A DNA stretch of 64,000 nucleotides from the NCBI GenBank assembly GCA_045545295.1, contig JAZQAO010000030.1, positions 606 to 64,605 on the forward strand, written 5' to 3'. Both the position numbers and the translations under genes were made by a program. Positions 51,407-61,007 of the stretch are shown in pieces. Numbering within the stretch: the first letter of the stretch is position 1; every line of letters begins with the position of its first letter. The notes below the pieces were generated by a model. The model had not been told where the DNA came from. It was given only the letters and a program-made list of their open reading frames with translations, and did no database searches. The stretch comes from Clostridia bacterium (GTDB taxonomy: Bacteria; Bacillota; Clostridia; UMGS1883).

Positions 51407-53242
51407 ATGATAGAACCACAGAATATAAGAAATATTGCCATTATTGCACACGTTGACCACGGCAAGACAACACTTGTTGATGCTCTTCTCAAGCAAAGCG
51501 GTGTTTTCCGTGAAAATGCACAAATTGAAGAGCGCGTAATGGATTCTAACGATATAGAAAAAGAACGTGGAATTACAATTCTTGCAAAAAACACAAGCCT
51601 TATGTACAACGATGTTAAAATCAATATAATCGACACACCCGGTCACGCTGACTTCGGCGGCGAAGTTGAGCGCGGTCTTAAAATGGCCGACGGTGTTCTC
51701 CTGCTTGTAGATGCGTTTGAAGGTTGTATGCCTCAGACACGTTTTGTTCTTAAAAAGGCACTCGAACTTAATCTTTCAATTATTATGGTAGTTAACAAGG
51801 CTGACCGCCCCAACGCGCGCCCTTATGAAGTTACTGATGAACTTCTTGAATTGTTTATCGACCTTGATGCAACAGACGACCAGCTTGATTCTCCCGTAGT
51901 CTATGTATCAGGCAGGGACGGTTGGGCAAGTCTTTCTCCCGATAATCATCCTGCAGACCTTAAAGTGCTTTTTGACCTTATCGTGTCGCACATTCCTTCG
52001 CCCGAAGATACTCGTGACGGTGAATTTCAGATGCTTGTTTCAAACATTGACTACGATACCTTTACCGGCAGAATTGCAGTGGGCAGAATAAACAGAGGTT
52101 ATGCAAAGACCAATATGCCCATTACCATAAGCCGCGAGGGTATGAACCCGTATAATGCCCGTATATCCAAGCTGTTCTCCTATAAAGACCTTGAAAAGCA
52201 GGTTATAGACGAGGCTTCCGCTGGTGAAATAGTTGCCATAAGCGGTGTTGAAAAAATCAACATCGGTGATACAATCTGTGCAAACGGTGTTGTAGAACCG
52301 CTTCCCTTCACACCTGTGGATGAGCCTGTTCTTTCTATGACATTCAGTGTAAACAACAGTCCTTTTGCAGGTCAGGACGGAGATTACGTTACAAGCAGGC
52401 ACCTTCGAGACCGACTTATAAAAGAGCTTGAAAGTAATATAGCTCTCAGAGTGACAGAAACAGATTCTCCCGACAGTTTCATTGTTTCAGGCAGAGGAGA
52501 GCTTCATCTTTCAGTGCTTATTGAAAATATGCGCCGAGAGGGGTACGAATTTCAGGTAAGTAAGCCCAAAACCATCAACAAAGAAATTGACGGAGTTATG
52601 TGCGAGCCGGTTGAAATATTGACTGTTGACGTTCCTGACGAATACACCGGTGTCGTTATGGAAGGAATCGGTACACGTAAGGGTACTCTTACAAATATGG
52701 CTCCCGGTGCCACCGGATATACCAAGCTTGAGTTCAGAATCCCTTCAAGAGGGCTTATCGGATACCGTGGAGAGCTTCTTACTGCAACTAAGGGCACAGG
52801 TATTATAAATAGTGTGTTTGACTGCTACGAGCCCGTAATTCCCGGTGAATTCACCACCAGATCAAGAGGTAGTCTTGTAGCTTATGAGGCAGGTGAATCC
52901 GTAGCTTACGGACTCTTTAACTCGCAGGACAGAGGTCTTATGTTTATAGGACCCGGTGAGAAGGTTTATCAGGGTATGGTTGTAGGTGAATGCAGCAGAC
53001 TTGAGGATATTGTTGTTAATGTGTGTAAACGTAAGCAGGCAACAAATATGCGTGCTGCAGGAAGTGATGAGGCACTCCGTCTCACCCCTCCTAAAATCCT
53101 CAGTCTCGAAGAAAGTCTTGATTTTCTTGCAGATGATGAGCTTCTGGAGGTTACTCCCAATTTTCTTCGTATCAGAAAAAGAATCCTTGATACAGATTTA
53201 AGAGCAAAAGAAGCTAACAGAATAAAAAAACAGCAACAATAA
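51407..53242 (+). CDS. typA: Translational GTPase TypA/BipA
   Basis: IRNIAIIAHVDHGKTTLVDALL, IIDTPGHADFGGEVER, VVNKADRP and the overall EF-G-like length. Confidence 0.95.
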   Translation: MIEPQNIRNIAIIAHVDHGKTTLVDALLKQSGVFRENAQIEERVMDSNDIEKERGITILAKNTSLMYNDVKINIIDTPGHADFGGEVERGLKMADGVLLLVDAFEGCMPQTRFVLKKALELNLSIIMVVNKADRPNARPYEVTDELLELFIDLDATDDQLDSPVVYVSGRDGWASLSPDNHPADLKVLFDLIVSHIPSPEDTRDGEFQMLVSNIDYDTFTGRIAVGRINRGYAKTNMPITISREGMNPYNARISKLFSYKDLEKQVIDEASAGEIVAISGVEKINIGDTICANGVVEPLPFTPVDEPVLSMTFSVNNSPFAGQDGDYVTSRHLRDRLIKELESNIALRVTETDSPDSFIVSGRGELHLSVLIENMRREGYEFQVSKPKTINKEIDGVMCEPVEILTVDVPDEYTGVVMEGIGTRKGTLTNMAPGATGYTKLEFRIPSRGLIGYRGELLTATKGTGIINSVFDCYEPVIPGEFTTRSRGSLVAYEAGESVAYGLFNSQDRGLMFIGPGEKVYQGMVVGECSRLEDIVVNVCKRKQATNMRAAGSDEALRLTPPKILSLEESLDFLADDELLEVTPNFLRIRKRILDTDLRAKEANRIKKQQQ

Positions 53243-53324
53243 ATTACAGTTAAGTTACATTTATTGACTTTTGCTTAATTTTGGTTTATGCTATTATCAG
53301 AATTTAAGTTTTGGAGGTATTTCT

Positions 53325-53579
53325 ATGAGAAAATTTGAAATTCACGATCTTGATGTTGCAGCTTTCGTAAAAGAGCTCGGCAATTGCACAGGTCAGGTAT
53401 GGATGACAACAGATGACGGTGACAGAATAAATCTTATGTCTTCATTCTGCAGAGTAGTAGGTCTTATGAGCATTGTTCAGGGCGGAAGTCTCAGCCATGC
53501 AACAATCGAATGTGAAAATCCCGATGATGAAAGTCGTCTTTTCAGACTTAATCTTTACGGTAAAGTAGACAACAAATAA
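53325..53579 (+). CDS. Conserved-looking hypothetical 84-aa protein
   Basis: GGAGG RBS. MRKFEIHDLDVAAFVKELGNCTGQVWMTTDDGDRINLMSSF... No family recognised. Confidence 0.55.
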   Translation: MRKFEIHDLDVAAFVKELGNCTGQVWMTTDDGDRINLMSSFCRVVGLMSIVQGGSLSHATIECENPDDESRLFRLNLYGKVDNK

Positions 53580-53596
53580 TAATTATAGACATAACA

Positions 53597-53640
53597 GCCC
53601 CCTTTTGCTCATAAGTTAGAGTGAAAAGGGGGCCTTTATT
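53597..53640 (+). terminator. Hairpin plus T-rich tract between the 53325 ORF and spoIIID
   Basis: GCCCCCTTTT / AAAAGGGGGC 10-bp stem (53597-53606 / 53624-53633) with a 17-nt loop, followed by CTTTATTTT. Confidence 0.55.
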
Positions 53641-53928
53641 TTGAAAGATTATATCGAGAGGCGTGCTATAATGCTTGCCGAATACATATTGGAGCACAAC
53701 GCAACTGTACGCGATACCGCAAAGGTATTCGGTTATTCTAAATCCGGCGTACACAAGGACGTTACTGCAAGACTTGAGGAATTTGACCCACTTCTTGCAG
53801 CGGATGTAAAAAAAGTCCTTGACCATAACAAAGCTGAGCGTCATATCCGAGGTGGAATGGCAACAAAGCTGAAGTATGAAAAACAGAAATTATCTGTTAA
53901 TAATAAACACAGCAAGAACACATACTAA
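53641..53928 (+). CDS. spoIIID: Sporulation transcriptional regulator SpoIIID
   Basis: TTG start. (M)KDYIERRAIMLAEYILEHNATVRDTAKVFGYSKSGVHKDVTARLEEFDPLLAADVKKVLDHNKAERHIRGGMATKLKY is collinear with B. subtilis SpoIIID from the first residue. Confidence 0.9.
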   Translation: MKDYIERRAIMLAEYILEHNATVRDTAKVFGYSKSGVHKDVTARLEEFDPLLAADVKKVLDHNKAERHIRGGMATKLKYEKQKLSVNNKHSKNTY

Positions 53929-54543
53929 AATCAAAAATACTCCTGCCAGAACTACCGGAATGTTATTTTTTGCTTTATAGCCCAATTCTCTGTACTCAAT
54001 AATGTTTGCACGTCTGAGAATATTTACAAAAGGCTTATATATTATAAGTGTAAGTGCAGCATTAAGAATATATTTAATGGAGTTAAAAGGAAGTATTGCA
54101 GGTATTAAGAGCTTTACTACGGCTTCTCTTGGAATTTTCATATATAACGGAGTCAATAAATAATTAAGCACCAGCATAGTCGCAACACTGCATACTACTC
54201 CCATCGCCAATGCTATGCCTGCACCTTTAACAGAGCGCATTTTTGAATATATTGCAGATGCAGTGCAGGCAAACGCACACGCCGCCGCAATATTCATAAG
54301 ACAGCCTATTATGTTAGTATCACTGACTGTAAGCATCTCAACAAGCGATACAATAAGGGAAATTAAAAATGCTGCAAACGGGCCGTATACAAACCCACCT
54401 ATTACTATTATAACGTCTTTTGCATCATAGCTTAAAAACGGAAATGCAGCAAACATTGGCGGCATAGTTTTGCACAGAAGCATTACCACATAAGTAAGTG
54501 CCGCAAACATTCCCAAAGCAGTTATTTTTTTTGTCTTATTCAT
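53890..54543 (-). CDS. ribU: ECF-transporter S component, riboflavin-type (RibU-like)
   Basis: Six-TM small protein MNKTKKITALGMFAALTYVVMLL... It sits directly downstream of an FMN riboswitch. GGGAGA RBS. Confidence 0.7.
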   Translation of the reverse strand: MNKTKKITALGMFAALTYVVMLLCKTMPPMFAAFPFLSYDAKDVIIVIGGFVYGPFAAFLISLIVSLVEMLTVSDTNIIGCLMNIAAACAFACTASAIYSKMRSVKGAGIALAMGVVCSVATMLVLNYLLTPLYMKIPREAVVKLLIPAILPFNSIKYILNAALTLIIYKPFVNILRRANIIEYRELGYKAKNNIPVVLAGVFLILVCVLAVFIINR

Positions 54544-54583
54544 TATAATTCTCCCGTCTTAAATTCACTCGATTTCCTATATC

Positions 54584-54745
54584 AAAAGAGCAGACCCGTG
54601 CGGGGTCTGCTCTTTACAATTACTAAAAAACATCTTCTCTCATCCGGACTATACCGTCGGTCACGGAATTGCACCGTGTCATGCATAATGCTTGCGGACT
54701 TTACCGCCGGCAGGGAATTTCACCCACCCCCGAAGAACTGTATTT
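54584..54745 (-). promoter_or_regulatory. FMN riboswitch (RFN element) with terminator expression platform
   Basis: The minus strand reads CAGTTCTTCGGGGGTGGGTGAAATTCCCTGCCGGCGGTAAAGTCCGCAAGC...ACGGTGCAATTCCGTGACCGACGGTATAGTCCGGATGAGAGAAGATG. This matches the conserved RFN core. It is followed by the terminator AAAGAGCAGACCCCGCACGGGTCTGCTCTTTT. Confidence 0.9.
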
Positions 54746-54750
54746 AAATT

Positions 54751-55869
54751 TTATTCAGCAGCATTCTGCTGTGTTTCCATAGCCTTCTGTTGTGCTTCCA
54801 TAGCTTCCTTAAGGTCTTTTTTTAGAACTTCGAGCCATTCCTTTACATACTTGTCGATGTCACTGTCTTTCTTTGACACCTTAAGCGATTCTATCTTCTT
54901 TTCTACGATTTCGTTTACTTTTTCATCTGTCTTCTGCTGTTTGAAAGTTGTGAAATTCTGGTCGGCAGTATCAATTTCATACTTTTTGATAATGTGATAA
55001 CCGTAGTCCGTCTTAACAGCTTCCTTTGTATATTCTCCTACTTTAAGGTTCTTTGATGCTTCTTCAAATTCGGGAACCATCTGACCGCTTGTAAATGTGT
55101 AGAACTTACCGGGCTCCATACCGGGATCCTCGTCGTACTTTTCAATAAGTTCATTAAAATCTTCGCCTGCTGCAATTTTCTTAAGAACTTCATCCACAAT
55201 TGCTTTTGCTTCAGCATCACTTCTTGCAGGAATTACGCTTCCGTCCTCGCCTGTCTGCTCCTGTGTAGAAACAAGAATGTGACGGACAGTCATATAGTTT
55301 TGTGCAAATTCTTTTGTTAATTCGTCTGTACTAATATATGCTTTTTCACCTTCTGCTGTTAACTTTTCATAAAGTCTTGAGTAGGTTTCAGCTCTGTTAA
55401 GATAAGTCATAATTGCTTTATCTGTTGTGCGGCAATCCTTAAGAAATTCAATATAACCTTCTTTTCCGCCGTAATTGGCAACAACATCTTCCTTGCTCTT
55501 TTCAGTAACGTCACTGAGATTGTCAAGATCAACATCGTATTCCTCTGCAAGGATGGATGCTGAAACAAGCTGTGTAAGCTGCTTCATTGCACTGTCCTTC
55601 AGATATGCTTCAACAGTTGTTCCTTCTTCGTCAATGGGCTGTGAAAGCCATTGATCACCGTAATACTGTGCATACTGAGACATTTCGTTGAAAAGCATTC
55701 TGTAAATAAAGTTGAAATCAGCCTGAGTTATATCAACGTTTTCTACAGTTGCAATAACACTTCCGTCAAGCGCCTCATCGTTTTCTGTTTTGACATTTGA
55801 TGAGCAGCCGCTTAAAACAAGCATCGCTACTAAAACAAGCGAGATAATTAAAGATAATGTTCTTTTCAT
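54751..55869 (-). CDS. Parvulin-type peptidyl-prolyl isomerase lipoprotein (PrsA-like)
   Basis: Lipobox LVLSGCSS. Parvulin domain RHILVSTQE...GQMVPEFEEASKNLKVGEYTKEAVKTDYGYHIIKKYE. Start moved to ATG 55869. Confidence 0.8.
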   Translation of the reverse strand: MKRTLSLIISLVLVAMLVLSGCSSNVKTENDEALDGSVIATVENVDITQADFNFIYRMLFNEMSQYAQYYGDQWLSQPIDEEGTTVEAYLKDSAMKQLTQLVSASILAEEYDVDLDNLSDVTEKSKEDVVANYGGKEGYIEFLKDCRTTDKAIMTYLNRAETYSRLYEKLTAEGEKAYISTDELTKEFAQNYMTVRHILVSTQEQTGEDGSVIPARSDAEAKAIVDEVLKKIAAGEDFNELIEKYDEDPGMEPGKFYTFTSGQMVPEFEEASKNLKVGEYTKEAVKTDYGYHIIKKYEIDTADQNFTTFKQQKTDEKVNEIVEKKIESLKVSKKDSDIDKYVKEWLEVLKKDLKEAMEAQQKAMETQQNAAE

Positions 55870-55908
55870 TTTGTTACTTCCTCTCATTTTTAATTATTAC
55901 ATAAATTA

Positions 55909-57003
55909 TTAAGACACCATTGATTCAATCAGATCTGTTAAGGTTTTCTTTATTCCCTCTTCATTCAGTCTGACACTGAGCTTTTCGCTTTGTTCTCCAA
56001 CAATTTCCACAAGCTTCTTTTCCGAGAGTTTCTGCACCATATCAGAAAGCTCGTCCTTTTCGGGGATGCTTTCATACCTTTTTATGATGGCATAACCGAA
56101 ATTTCCTTTTACAGGGCTTTTTGTATACTCGCCGGGTTTAAGTTTTTTTGTTGCATCCTCAATATCCGGAACCATTTCTCCGTCGGTAAACACATAAAAG
56201 CCATCCGGATCCATTCCTGTATCCATATTATGTTCATAGCTGAGTTCTACGAAATCCTCGCCATTGTCAAGCTTTTCAATTATTTCAGCGGAAAGTGCCG
56301 TAAGCTCATCTTCCGATTTTGCAGCAGTGAGATTGCCTTCTCTGTCAAAAGTCGGAGACGAATTCAGAAGTATAAGCTTTATTTTAAAATACTTTTCTTT
56401 GAAAGTTTTTTCCGCTATATGCTCATCGACATATGCTGCTGAACCTTCTTCCGTAGCTTTTGCCACATACTCATCTGTAATGTATGACCATTCCTCAATC
56501 TTCATCAGACTTTCTTCACTTACTTTCATTTCAGAAAGATATGCCTTGAAAGCCTCTTCTCCACCCAGTTGCATCACCATATTCTCTCTCATAGCTTCGA
56601 CGTGCTTTGATGACTCTTCACCGGGCTGTATTCCGCACTCTTTTGCAAGCTTCTGCACTGCTATATACTGAGATAAAAATGAAACTGTTGATTTCTTTAT
56701 ATATTCTTCCACAGTAACTCCGTTACCCAGGTCCTGCGCCAGAATCTTTTCCGTAGTCTGACCGGGAGTAATCATATTCCCTATCTGCCCAAGCATATTG
56801 TAAGCAATGTAATTAAACAAATCCTTTTTAATATTCACTCCGCCGATTCTCGCACAGATTCCACTATCATTCACAGCAAACCTTCCGTCGGTATTTTCTA
56901 TGACTGCTGTGGTTACGGTCGTGCTCAATCTGTCTGCCGCACCGGCAAAAACAGTCGTAGTCAATAAAAGCACCGTAAGAACCAATGCAAATACTTTTTT
57001 CAT
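55909..57003 (-). CDS. Parvulin-type peptidyl-prolyl isomerase, secreted (second PrsA/SurA-like paralog)
   Basis: Signal peptide MKKVFALVLTVLLLTTTVFAGA. Parvulin-like GEMVPDIEDATKKLKPGEYTKSPVKGNFGYAIIKRYE. Confidence 0.75.
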   Translation of the reverse strand: MKKVFALVLTVLLLTTTVFAGAADRLSTTVTTAVIENTDGRFAVNDSGICARIGGVNIKKDLFNYIAYNMLGQIGNMITPGQTTEKILAQDLGNGVTVEEYIKKSTVSFLSQYIAVQKLAKECGIQPGEESSKHVEAMRENMVMQLGGEEAFKAYLSEMKVSEESLMKIEEWSYITDEYVAKATEEGSAAYVDEHIAEKTFKEKYFKIKLILLNSSPTFDREGNLTAAKSEDELTALSAEIIEKLDNGEDFVELSYEHNMDTGMDPDGFYVFTDGEMVPDIEDATKKLKPGEYTKSPVKGNFGYAIIKRYESIPEKDELSDMVQKLSEKKLVEIVGEQSEKLSVRLNEEGIKKTLTDLIESMVS

Positions 57004-57049
57004 TCTGCAAATCAACTCCCTTATCTAAAGCAATCCTAATTATTATATA

Positions 57050-60000
57050 TCATTCCTCTTCATTTTGCAAGCAGTTTAACACATTATTTATACTTTCGAT
57101 AAGTTTTTCTCCTTTTAGATTCTTTTCTCTTAACAATATATAAGGATTTTCACCTGCACCAAAGAGAATTTTTCCTTTATTCTGAGATGCGAGAATTGAA
57201 ATCTTATCAAGCAGCTCAGGGGTAATTCTTTGTATTTTAAATACAATACCTGCTTCTGCATGAGAAATCTCCTTGATACCTGCATTTATTGCACTGACAC
57301 GCATCATCTGTATTTCAAGCAGATTATAGGTTTCCTGCGGAATTTCACCGTATCTGTCCTCAAAGCTTCCTTCAACGCCGTAGCGGTCACCAAGGTTTTC
57401 TATTCCGGCAATCTGCTTATATGCTTCAATTCTGAGATTTGAAGTCGGAATATAGCTATCGGGGATAAATGCATTAACTTCGATATCGATGACAGTTTCT
57501 GTTTTTTCCTCTCTTGGTGGCTTACCCATAGCATCGTTTACGGCATCTTCAAGAATAGCACAGTACATATCATAGCCTACACTTGCCATAAATCCGTGCT
57601 GTTCAGGGCCAAGCACATTGCCGGCACCGCGGATTTCAAGGTCACGCATGGCAATCCTGAAGCCTGAACCAAACTCCGTAAATTCACGGATTGCACGAAG
57701 TCGCTTTTCGGCAACCTCGTCAAGAATTTTGTTTTTCTTATAGGTAAGATATGCGTATGCAAGTCTGTTTGTCCTTCCGACTCTTCCCCTGAGCTGATAA
57801 AGCTGGCTGAGTCCGAGCGTATCTGCATTTTCAATAATTATGGTATTAACATTGGGAATGTCAAGCCCTGTTTCTATAATAGTCGTGCAAACGAGCACAT
57901 CGAGTTCCTTATTCTCTACTTGCATCATAACATCGTCAAGATCCGTTTCATTCATCTTGCCGTGAGCAACCCCGACTCTGAGGTCGGGAACAAGTCTTCT
58001 CAGTCTTTCTGCTGCGGCATAGATGCTTTCTACTCTGTTATGCAGATAATATACCTGCCCTCCACGGGCTACTTCCCTCTCGATGGCATTTTTTACAACT
58101 GCATCATTATACTCAAGCACGTATGTCTGAACTGGATATCGGTCACTCGGCGGTGCTGACAGCACACTCATATCACGAATTCCTATCATCGCCATGTGAA
58201 GCGTTCTTGGAATTGGTGTTGCACTGAGGGTAAGCACGTCAACATTGCTTTTCATTTCCTTGATTTTTTCTTTATGGGTTACACCAAAGCGTTGTTCCTC
58301 ATCAACAATAAGAAAACCCAGCTTTTTAAACACTACATTTTTTGAAAGCAGTTTATGAGTGCCGACAACAATATCACACTCCCCTGTCTGAAGCATCTTA
58401 AGAGTTTTTTTTGTTTGTGTCGGTGTTGAAAATCTTGAAAGCATCCCTACAGTTATGGGATAGTCTTTCATTCTTTCAACAAAATTATGGTAGTGCTGTG
58501 ATGCCAGAATAGTAGTCGGTACAAGATACGCAACCTGGTATCCGTCAAGAACAGCTTTAAATGCTGCACGCATTGCAACTTCTGTTTTTCCGTAACCGAC
58601 ATCGCCGCAAAGAAGTCTGTCCATAGGACGGCTGCTTTCCATATCCTTTTTTATTTCTGCAGTGCTGCGAAGCTGATCCTCCGTCTCCTCATACGGAAAA
58701 GCACTTTCAAAATCGTGCTGCCATGGTGAATCCGGAGAAAAGCTAACCCCCTCAGAGTTTGCCCTTTCGGCATAAAGCTGCACCAGTTTTTGTGCCATTT
58801 CCTCTACTGACTGCCTTACTTTTCTCTTGGCATTTGCCCATTCGGGAGAGCCAAGTCTGTTAAGTCTTACAACCTTGTTTTCTCCGCCTGTATATTTACT
58901 TACAGCGTCAAGCTGACCTACCGGAAGGTAGATATAGTCTTCCCCGCGGTACTCAATTTTTATATAATCTTTCGTTACACCGCTTACTGTCATACGGGTG
59001 ATACCAAGGTATTTTCCTATACCGTGAACGCGATGTACGACATAATCTCCTACATCAAGCTGATCTGCCGTGCGGATTTTGACGGCATTTTCATCTTTTC
59101 TTGTTCTTCTTTTTTTCTTTTCTGCTGCAAAAATTTCACTGTCACTTACAACAGCAATCCCCTCTAATGGATACTCAAATCCTCTTGTAATGCTACCCGG
59201 CATTACGGTTACATATTTTAAAGAAAGCTCCGCAGGATTTTCATCATAAGATGCACGAATATCCCGGTCACACAGCATTTCTGTAATTTTTTTTGCACGG
59301 GAAGTACTGCCCCCGAGTATAACTGTTTTTACGCTTTCTTCCTTCCATCGCATAATATCGGAAACAAGAAATTCAATATTTCCGCTGTAGCTTGAAATTC
59401 CCTTTCCTGTTATTTTCAATTCTTTCTTTATTGTAATATCTTCAATTCCTGCAGAGATCGCACAAATTGCAAAGGTCTGTCTTTTTTCAATGCTTTTAAC
59501 AATATCTGCATAGTTATTCACGCACTCCGACACATCTGTTTTTGTACATTTATCCGCAAGAGTCCTGATATTTTCTGCAATTTCCCACTCTACTGCCTTT
59601 GCAGACTCACTCACTCTCTGCATTTCATCCATGAAAATAATATAGTCATCACCGAGATAAGAAAGCATAGTATCTCTTGCGCTGTCGATATTTACAGGTA
59701 TAATACTTGCAGAGTCGATTTTCTCAATACTCATCTGACTGTCACAATCAAAATACCTTAAAGAATCAATGTCGTCTCCGAAAAGCTCCATTCTCACCGG
59801 ATAAAGAGCATCGGGAGAATAAATATCAACTATACCTCCTCGGATTGCAAACTGCCCTCTTAAATTTACTGTATCAACACGTGCATAGCCCATTTTGACA
59901 AGCTTTTCCGCAAGAGAGTCCGCTTCGGTTACTCCGCCGTAGTTAAATTCCAGTTGCATAGAATTAAAGTCATTTTTAGCCGCAACAAAGTGGAGCAGAG

Positions 60001-60361
60001 ATTCAATAGATACCACTGCATCTGCTCCTTTGGAAAGTTCACCCAATGCCGCTGCCCTTTTGTTGTCAATTTCGTGGTTTGATGCCTCCACTTCATAAAG
60101 CACAGTTTCCTTAGGCGGAATATACACACACTCGTTGTCTGTAAAAAAGCTGAGATCTCCTGCAAGACGCCTTGCCTGTATGTCGTTATAGGTAACAACG
60201 AACACCTTTTTTCCAAGCTTTCTTGCGATAGAATCAATTATATGCGCCTTCTGTGCGTCTGCACATCCGCTTATGCTTATGGGAAAGTTACCCTTCACGG
60301 CTTCACTGACTACTGTATTAAATTCTTTTGAGCTGTCAAGCAATCGGTTAATTGCATTCAT
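57050..60361 (-). CDS. mfd: Transcription-repair coupling factor Mfd
   Basis: 1103 aa. RNAP-interacting domain VGDYVVHRVHGIGKYLGI. Helicase motifs LLCGDVGYGKTEVAMRAAF, LIVDEEQRFG and TLSATPIPRTL, then the TRG region. Confidence 0.95.
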   Translation of the reverse strand: MNAINRLLDSSKEFNTVVSEAVKGNFPISISGCADAQKAHIIDSIARKLGKKVFVVTYNDIQARRLAGDLSFFTDNECVYIPPKETVLYEVEASNHEIDNKRAAALGELSKGADAVVSIESLLHFVAAKNDFNSMQLEFNYGGVTEADSLAEKLVKMGYARVDTVNLRGQFAIRGGIVDIYSPDALYPVRMELFGDDIDSLRYFDCDSQMSIEKIDSASIIPVNIDSARDTMLSYLGDDYIIFMDEMQRVSESAKAVEWEIAENIRTLADKCTKTDVSECVNNYADIVKSIEKRQTFAICAISAGIEDITIKKELKITGKGISSYSGNIEFLVSDIMRWKEESVKTVILGGSTSRAKKITEMLCDRDIRASYDENPAELSLKYVTVMPGSITRGFEYPLEGIAVVSDSEIFAAEKKKRRTRKDENAVKIRTADQLDVGDYVVHRVHGIGKYLGITRMTVSGVTKDYIKIEYRGEDYIYLPVGQLDAVSKYTGGENKVVRLNRLGSPEWANAKRKVRQSVEEMAQKLVQLYAERANSEGVSFSPDSPWQHDFESAFPYEETEDQLRSTAEIKKDMESSRPMDRLLCGDVGYGKTEVAMRAAFKAVLDGYQVAYLVPTTILASQHYHNFVERMKDYPITVGMLSRFSTPTQTKKTLKMLQTGECDIVVGTHKLLSKNVVFKKLGFLIVDEEQRFGVTHKEKIKEMKSNVDVLTLSATPIPRTLHMAMIGIRDMSVLSAPPSDRYPVQTYVLEYNDAVVKNAIEREVARGGQVYYLHNRVESIYAAAERLRRLVPDLRVGVAHGKMNETDLDDVMMQVENKELDVLVCTTIIETGLDIPNVNTIIIENADTLGLSQLYQLRGRVGRTNRLAYAYLTYKKNKILDEVAEKRLRAIREFTEFGSGFRIAMRDLEIRGAGNVLGPEQHGFMASVGYDMYCAILEDAVNDAMGKPPREEKTETVIDIEVNAFIPDSYIPTSNLRIEAYKQIAGIENLGDRYGVEGSFEDRYGEIPQETYNLLEIQMMRVSAINAGIKEISHAEAGIVFKIQRITPELLDKISILASQNKGKILFGAGENPYILLREKNLKGEKLIESINNVLNCLQNEEE

Positions 60362-60365
60362 ATAA

Positions 60366-60929
60366 TCACAACACCCTGTTATTAAATCTACTCATTGCAT
60401 CGTCTAATCCGTTCTTAATAATTACAGAAATTATATCTTCTATATTTTTTATTGCCCTTGTTACGCTTACGCCATCCTCGTCACTGAAGTGACCGAGAAC
60501 ATGATTGGAAAGGTCGTGTTCGGGAGCACCGACTCCAAAGCGAACTCTCGGAAACTTATCTGAATTAAGAAGATAGATAATACTTTTCATTCCGTTATGT
60601 CCACCGGCACTTCCTGACGGTCTTATTCTTACCTTTCCGGGCTCAAGCGTTATATCGTCGTATATTACTATTATATTCTCTGTGGGGATTTTATAAAACT
60701 CGGCACACTCTCTTACACTTTCACCGCTGAGGTTCATGTAAGTCTGAGGCTTAAGAAGTATACATTTTTCGTTTCCGATAAAGCCTTCCCCGAAAATTCC
60801 CTTGAATTTAATTTTGCTGATTTTTGCGTTAATCTGCCCTGCAAGATAATCTATCGCAACAAACCCGACATTATGCCTTGTTTTTTCATATTCACGCCCC
60901 GGGTTACCCAATCCGACAATAAGGTACAT
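60366..60929 (-). CDS. pth: Peptidyl-tRNA hydrolase
   Basis: MYLIVGLGNPGREYEKTRHNVGF and GSAGGHNGMKSII. Confidence 0.95.
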   Translation of the reverse strand: MYLIVGLGNPGREYEKTRHNVGFVAIDYLAGQINAKISKIKFKGIFGEGFIGNEKCILLKPQTYMNLSGESVRECAEFYKIPTENIIVIYDDITLEPGKVRIRPSGSAGGHNGMKSIIYLLNSDKFPRVRFGVGAPEHDLSNHVLGHFSDEDGVSVTRAIKNIEDIISVIIKNGLDDAMSRFNNRVL

Positions 60930-61007
60930 AACAAATCTCCTTTTATTTAACGTTCACAATGCCGCCACCGGAAATACCGGGGGCGGCATCATTTGTGTTT
61001 TATGTAA

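Noticed and set aside
54692-54997. A 101-aa plus-strand ORF
   Set aside because: It overlaps the FMN riboswitch and is antisense to the PrsA-like gene. The translation is a repetitive Phe/Ser/Cys-rich sequence.
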